Shown piece after piece: positions 50,128 through 53,243 of a stretch of 53,243 nucleotides of DNA. Positions within the stretch are counted from its first letter, which is position 1, and every line of letters begins with the position of its first letter. Position numbers and translations under genes: made by a program. The notes below the pieces were generated by a model. It saw nothing but the letters and a program-made list of their open reading frames with translations, made no database searches and was not told where the DNA came from. Source of the DNA: an uncultured Lachnospiraceae bacterium (GTDB lineage Bacteria; Bacillota; Clostridia; Christensenellales; UBA1242); assembly GCA_964521165.1 (NCBI GenBank), contig CAZFRA010000005.1, positions 1 to 53,243 of the forward strand, given 5' to 3'.

Positions 50128-51288
50128 TTATATCACCGTCAAATTCGTACGAAAAACTTCTTGCGTGTCGATGTTTTTAGCAGTTATTTTAATTGTATTT
50201 CCCGATTGTGCGGTGTAAAAAATTTTCAACAAATCGGATTTTGTGGAAATGACATACGATCTTTCGCCATAAACCACACTTGTAATAAAACTTCCCGCTG
50301 GAATAGTCACGCCGTTATAAACAAAATCTTCCGCTAGATAAACACCATCTGAACCTCCTTGGTAAGTGTAGAGAAGATTATCCGAAAAAGTCATCCAATT
50401 GCCGTTAAAGTAGATGTAATATTTTGAAGAAGTTTCAATTGAACAATATAGATACGCTTGAAGTTGATACATATCAAATCCGACGAGTGCGTCCACAAGT
50501 GCGTTTTGATAATCAGTCGAGTTGACAACGCTATCCAAAAATTCACTGATGATGCTGACATCAACAACATACAATTCATCATTGTATGTGCCCAAAATTG
50601 TACCATAATAAAGTCCGAGAATTTCACCACTCTTGTTGAAAAGACCGCCAAAACTATATTCTGTGCTGTCGTTAACCGTGAAATAATATGGATTTGCATT
50701 TACAAACTTAATCACATTCAAATCGTCCACAGTTGTGATAAGGTAGTTGGTATATTCTCCAGCATAAACAGCGCTGACTGACAAAACATTACTTTCTTCC
50801 AAAGGACAGCCAATCGAGATGTAAGAAGAGTTGTAAGAAGTTATCGACGAAGAAATATCACCAATTTCCACATAGGAAAGTGAAAGTGTTTTCTCTGGAT
50901 TTTGCAAATCAAAAAGTTTGATAAGCGCAAGTCCTAAATCTTCGTCAAGAAAAACCACCATTCCGCCATAGATTGCGCCATTTTTTTGATACAAAGTGTA
51001 AGTTTCGTCGCTATCAAGGTCAACTGACAAAGTTAAAACATAGCCATTTTGATGAACATTAACACCAAACTGCGAAACATTCTCACCTTCAATTTGATAA
51101 GAAACACCAAAGTAGAGTTCCGCAATATTTTCGTCTGACATCAAATTCCACACTTTAAGTTTGGAAGTGACATTTTTTGAATCACCGAAGTAAAGATATA
51201 TGCTAATAGAGAAATAGCAGAGCAAAATTGCTATTAGTAAGATACCAATAATTGTAAAAATTTTACCAATACCACTTCTTTTTGCCAT
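50128..51288 (-). CDS. membrane-anchored HtrA-like (trypsin + PDZ) protein lacking the catalytic triad
   Basis: TM anchor; GYVLT, D..LGLALIK, IGD, ISIGCPL, GGLFN..GEILGL; PDZ-like C-terminus. Confidence 0.65.
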   Translation of the reverse strand: MAKRSGIGKIFTIIGILLIAILLCYFSISIYLYFGDSKNVTSKLKVWNLMSDENIAELYFGVSYQIEGENVSQFGVNVHQNGYVLTLSVDLDSDETYTLYQKNGAIYGGMVVFLDEDLGLALIKLFDLQNPEKTLSLSYVEIGDISSSITSYNSSYISIGCPLEESNVLSVSAVYAGEYTNYLITTVDDLNVIKFVNANPYYFTVNDSTEYSFGGLFNKSGEILGLYYGTILGTYNDELYVVDVSIISEFLDSVVNSTDYQNALVDALVGFDMYQLQAYLYCSIETSSKYYIYFNGNWMTFSDNLLYTYQGGSDGVYLAEDFVYNGVTIPAGSFITSVVYGERSYVISTKSDLLKIFYTAQSGNTIKITAKNIDTQEVFRTNLTVI

Positions 51289-51311
51289 ATAAAACCTTTT
51301 ATGATATTTTT

Positions 51312-52793
51312 TTAAATAATTTGCAAACTTTTCTTAAAAGTCTTTTTGAAATCATCCGCCAATTTCATACTCTGCATAATTTCAAAAGAAGGATCGCTTT
51401 TCACCACCGTTTTCATAATGATGGAATCACCCAAAATATCGCAAACAATGTCGGTTATGATATTTTTTCTTGAAGAGTTGAGATAAACTGCCAGTTTCAC
51501 CAACACACCTAATTTTCTTATTGCATCAACATCTTCATCAGTTAACAATTCTTTATATTTCATAATTTCTGGCAAATTGAAGTTATCGAGATTTTGGCAT
51601 AAACAACTAAACGCTGCGATGAGAATATCCTTCTGTGATGCGCCGACAATGTTAGCATTCAAAATGGTGTAATAGCCGTGTTTTTCATAGTCTTTAAAAT
51701 CAATATATTTTCCGCAATCAAACATATATGACGCGATTTTAAGCGGTTTTACATAAACTCTCGAAAGTTTGTGAACAACTTTCAACTGTTTGAAGAGAAG
51801 GACTGCCATATTATAAACATTTGCGTTGATTGAAAGCCCTTCTTTTTTGAATTCATAGTAATTGTCAAGACTGTTGAGAAGCAAATCACTATATTTCTCT
51901 GCTGGCGCACCAACGAGATTTTCCAAAATCTTACCATCCAAACAAGTGGCATCGCTAACAGTGATTTCTTCCACATTAAAAATTTCAATAAGCGCTTTAA
52001 TTATCGCCAAACCACCCTTCAAACTTTCCGCACTTTCACTAGAAAGACCTTTCACTTTGCGAATTTTGTCAACATCCAAATCCTTAACAAAATCAACAAC
52101 CTTCCCAACGCCACTTGACAAAAGTTGATAATTGTTGTCAACATCAATTGGATACCTTTGCAATTTTTTGGCAATTTTTGCGATATCAACAAAAGGAAAG
52201 CCGGCACCGACCAGCGCTTCTTCTTCAAAAGATTTCACGATTGGACTATCTTTCAACTCTTTTTTCATCGTTTGCACAAGTTCATCAAAATTCTCACTTT
52301 TTTGAGAAAGGTTGATGTAACCATAAGGCAAAACAGTAAAATCAACAACACTTCGTCTTGTATATTTAAAAAGGTATGTGTTATAGCCAGCGACATAAAC
52401 GCCAGTCCCCTTTGAATTATCAATCTTCGACACCACTGCTTGATAGATATCCTTGATAACTTCTTCGTCGCCTGTCAAAGTGAAATTGAAACCTGTGTGA
52501 GTGTAAATTTCATCCAAAAGTCCACGATAGTTTCTCGCCTTAACAATAATATTGGAAACAAAAGCAACCATTTTACTCACCGAGAAAGTTTCAATGGTGT
52601 AGCGATAGATATTCAAAATTTTGAGAATATCAGTGCGTGATTTAGGAGAGAAAAGGCAATCTCCCATAATGTCGTTTGTTAAATCGTAGTTATTCACCAC
52701 ATCTTCAAGAATGCGATATCTTCCAGCACGACTTTGAATAATTTTCAATTCAATTTTTCTTTCAGTTAATTCAATAAAAGCGATATTTTCCAT
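51312..52793 (-). CDS. Ppx/GppA-like (ASKHA + HD-like) protein, degenerate
   Basis: Ppx layout: YPI...NY.L, IRKVKGLS, EITVS...LDG, LKIAS.M.DCGKYI....EKH.YY.ILNA. Confidence 0.8.
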   Translation of the reverse strand: MENIAFIELTERKIELKIIQSRAGRYRILEDVVNNYDLTNDIMGDCLFSPKSRTDILKILNIYRYTIETFSVSKMVAFVSNIIVKARNYRGLLDEIYTHTGFNFTLTGDEEVIKDIYQAVVSKIDNSKGTGVYVAGYNTYLFKYTRRSVVDFTVLPYGYINLSQKSENFDELVQTMKKELKDSPIVKSFEEEALVGAGFPFVDIAKIAKKLQRYPIDVDNNYQLLSSGVGKVVDFVKDLDVDKIRKVKGLSSESAESLKGGLAIIKALIEIFNVEEITVSDATCLDGKILENLVGAPAEKYSDLLLNSLDNYYEFKKEGLSINANVYNMAVLLFKQLKVVHKLSRVYVKPLKIASYMFDCGKYIDFKDYEKHGYYTILNANIVGASQKDILIAAFSCLCQNLDNFNLPEIMKYKELLTDEDVDAIRKLGVLVKLAVYLNSSRKNIITDIVCDILGDSIIMKTVVKSDPSFEIMQSMKLADDFKKTFKKSLQII

Positions 52794-52802
52794 AAAAACC
52801 AC

Positions 52803-52973
52803 CTATTTATCTAAATCAATTGCACTCACAGGACAACTTGCTTGACAAGCACCGCAATGGATACATTTACTTTTATCAATTTCCACCTTACCATTGCTGT
52901 CAAAAGAGATTGCTTCAACTGGGCAAATAGCAACGCAAGTTCCACAACCGATGCATTTTTCTTTATCGACCAT
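52803..52973 (-). CDS. 2[4Fe-4S] ferredoxin (56 aa)
   Basis: MVDKEKCIGCGTCVAICPVEAI...KCIHCGACQASCPVSAIDLDK; GGAGG SD. Below the ORF-track cutoff. Confidence 0.95.
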   Translation of the reverse strand: MVDKEKCIGCGTCVAICPVEAISFDSNGKVEIDKSKCIHCGACQASCPVSAIDLDK

Positions 52974-53082
52974 TATACTGCCTCCTATAAGGTTATAAAT
53001 AATATATCACAAAAAAGAAAATTTGTAAACCTTTTTATAAAAATTTCAAGCACGAAACGCACAAAATTCGGCTAAAAGCACG

Positions 53083-53117
53083 AAAAAAGACAATGTCTTT
53101 GAGTTTTGACATTGCCT
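53083..53117 (-). terminator. terminator of an upstream (off-window) minus-strand gene
   Basis: GGCAATGTC-aaaactcaaa-GACATTGTC-TTTTTT on the minus strand. Confidence 0.6.
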
Positions 53118-53243
53118 TCTTTGTTAAGTTTACGAAGATACACTCCGCCTACGCCACTCAGACCCGCCAAACCAATAACCATTATAAGCAAACAAACTCG
53201 GTGAATTTAACTGTGAAACGCATACCATACACGCTGGTTGCAA

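Noticed and set aside
53130-53243. 3' end of an off-window minus-strand gene (one frame reads ATSVYGMRFTVKFTEFVCL*)
   Set aside because: More than one frame is open over this short stretch, so the frame and product cannot be fixed.

Overview
Chromosomal, mostly housekeeping window from a low-GC, spore-forming Clostridia-type (Bacillota) bacterium with a streamlined-looking gene order. It holds gap, rpiB, obgE/yhbY/rsfS, nth, lysS, spoIIAA-spoIIAB-sigF, miaB-mutS-mutL-miaA, ftsK-rimO-pgsA-recA, minD/minE and a six-tRNA cluster. I see no prophage, IS, integrase or CRISPR array. Unusual features: (1) a GLUG-repeat surface-protein gene at the left edge, frameshifted OFF at a G11 tract just after its signal peptide (phase-variation-like); (2) several apparent pseudoenzymes: a CD-NTase/CdnE-like fold, a GT2 fold, an Mrr-like fold, and a Ppx/GppA-HtrA-MreB trio upstream of minD; (3) a ~117 bp duplication of the tRNA-Phe 3' half plus trailer around a structured ~108 nt element; (4) a recurrent GTATTATGCA inverted operator-like motif, next to NrdR-like boxes, at three loci including a membrane-anchored PadR gene; (5) a serine-palmitoyltransferase-like gene, a tandem double cytidylate kinase, a TRAM-less MiaB, an SDR with an apparent ATT start, and many apparently leaderless genes. 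Family calls come from motif recognition by eye; no searches were run.
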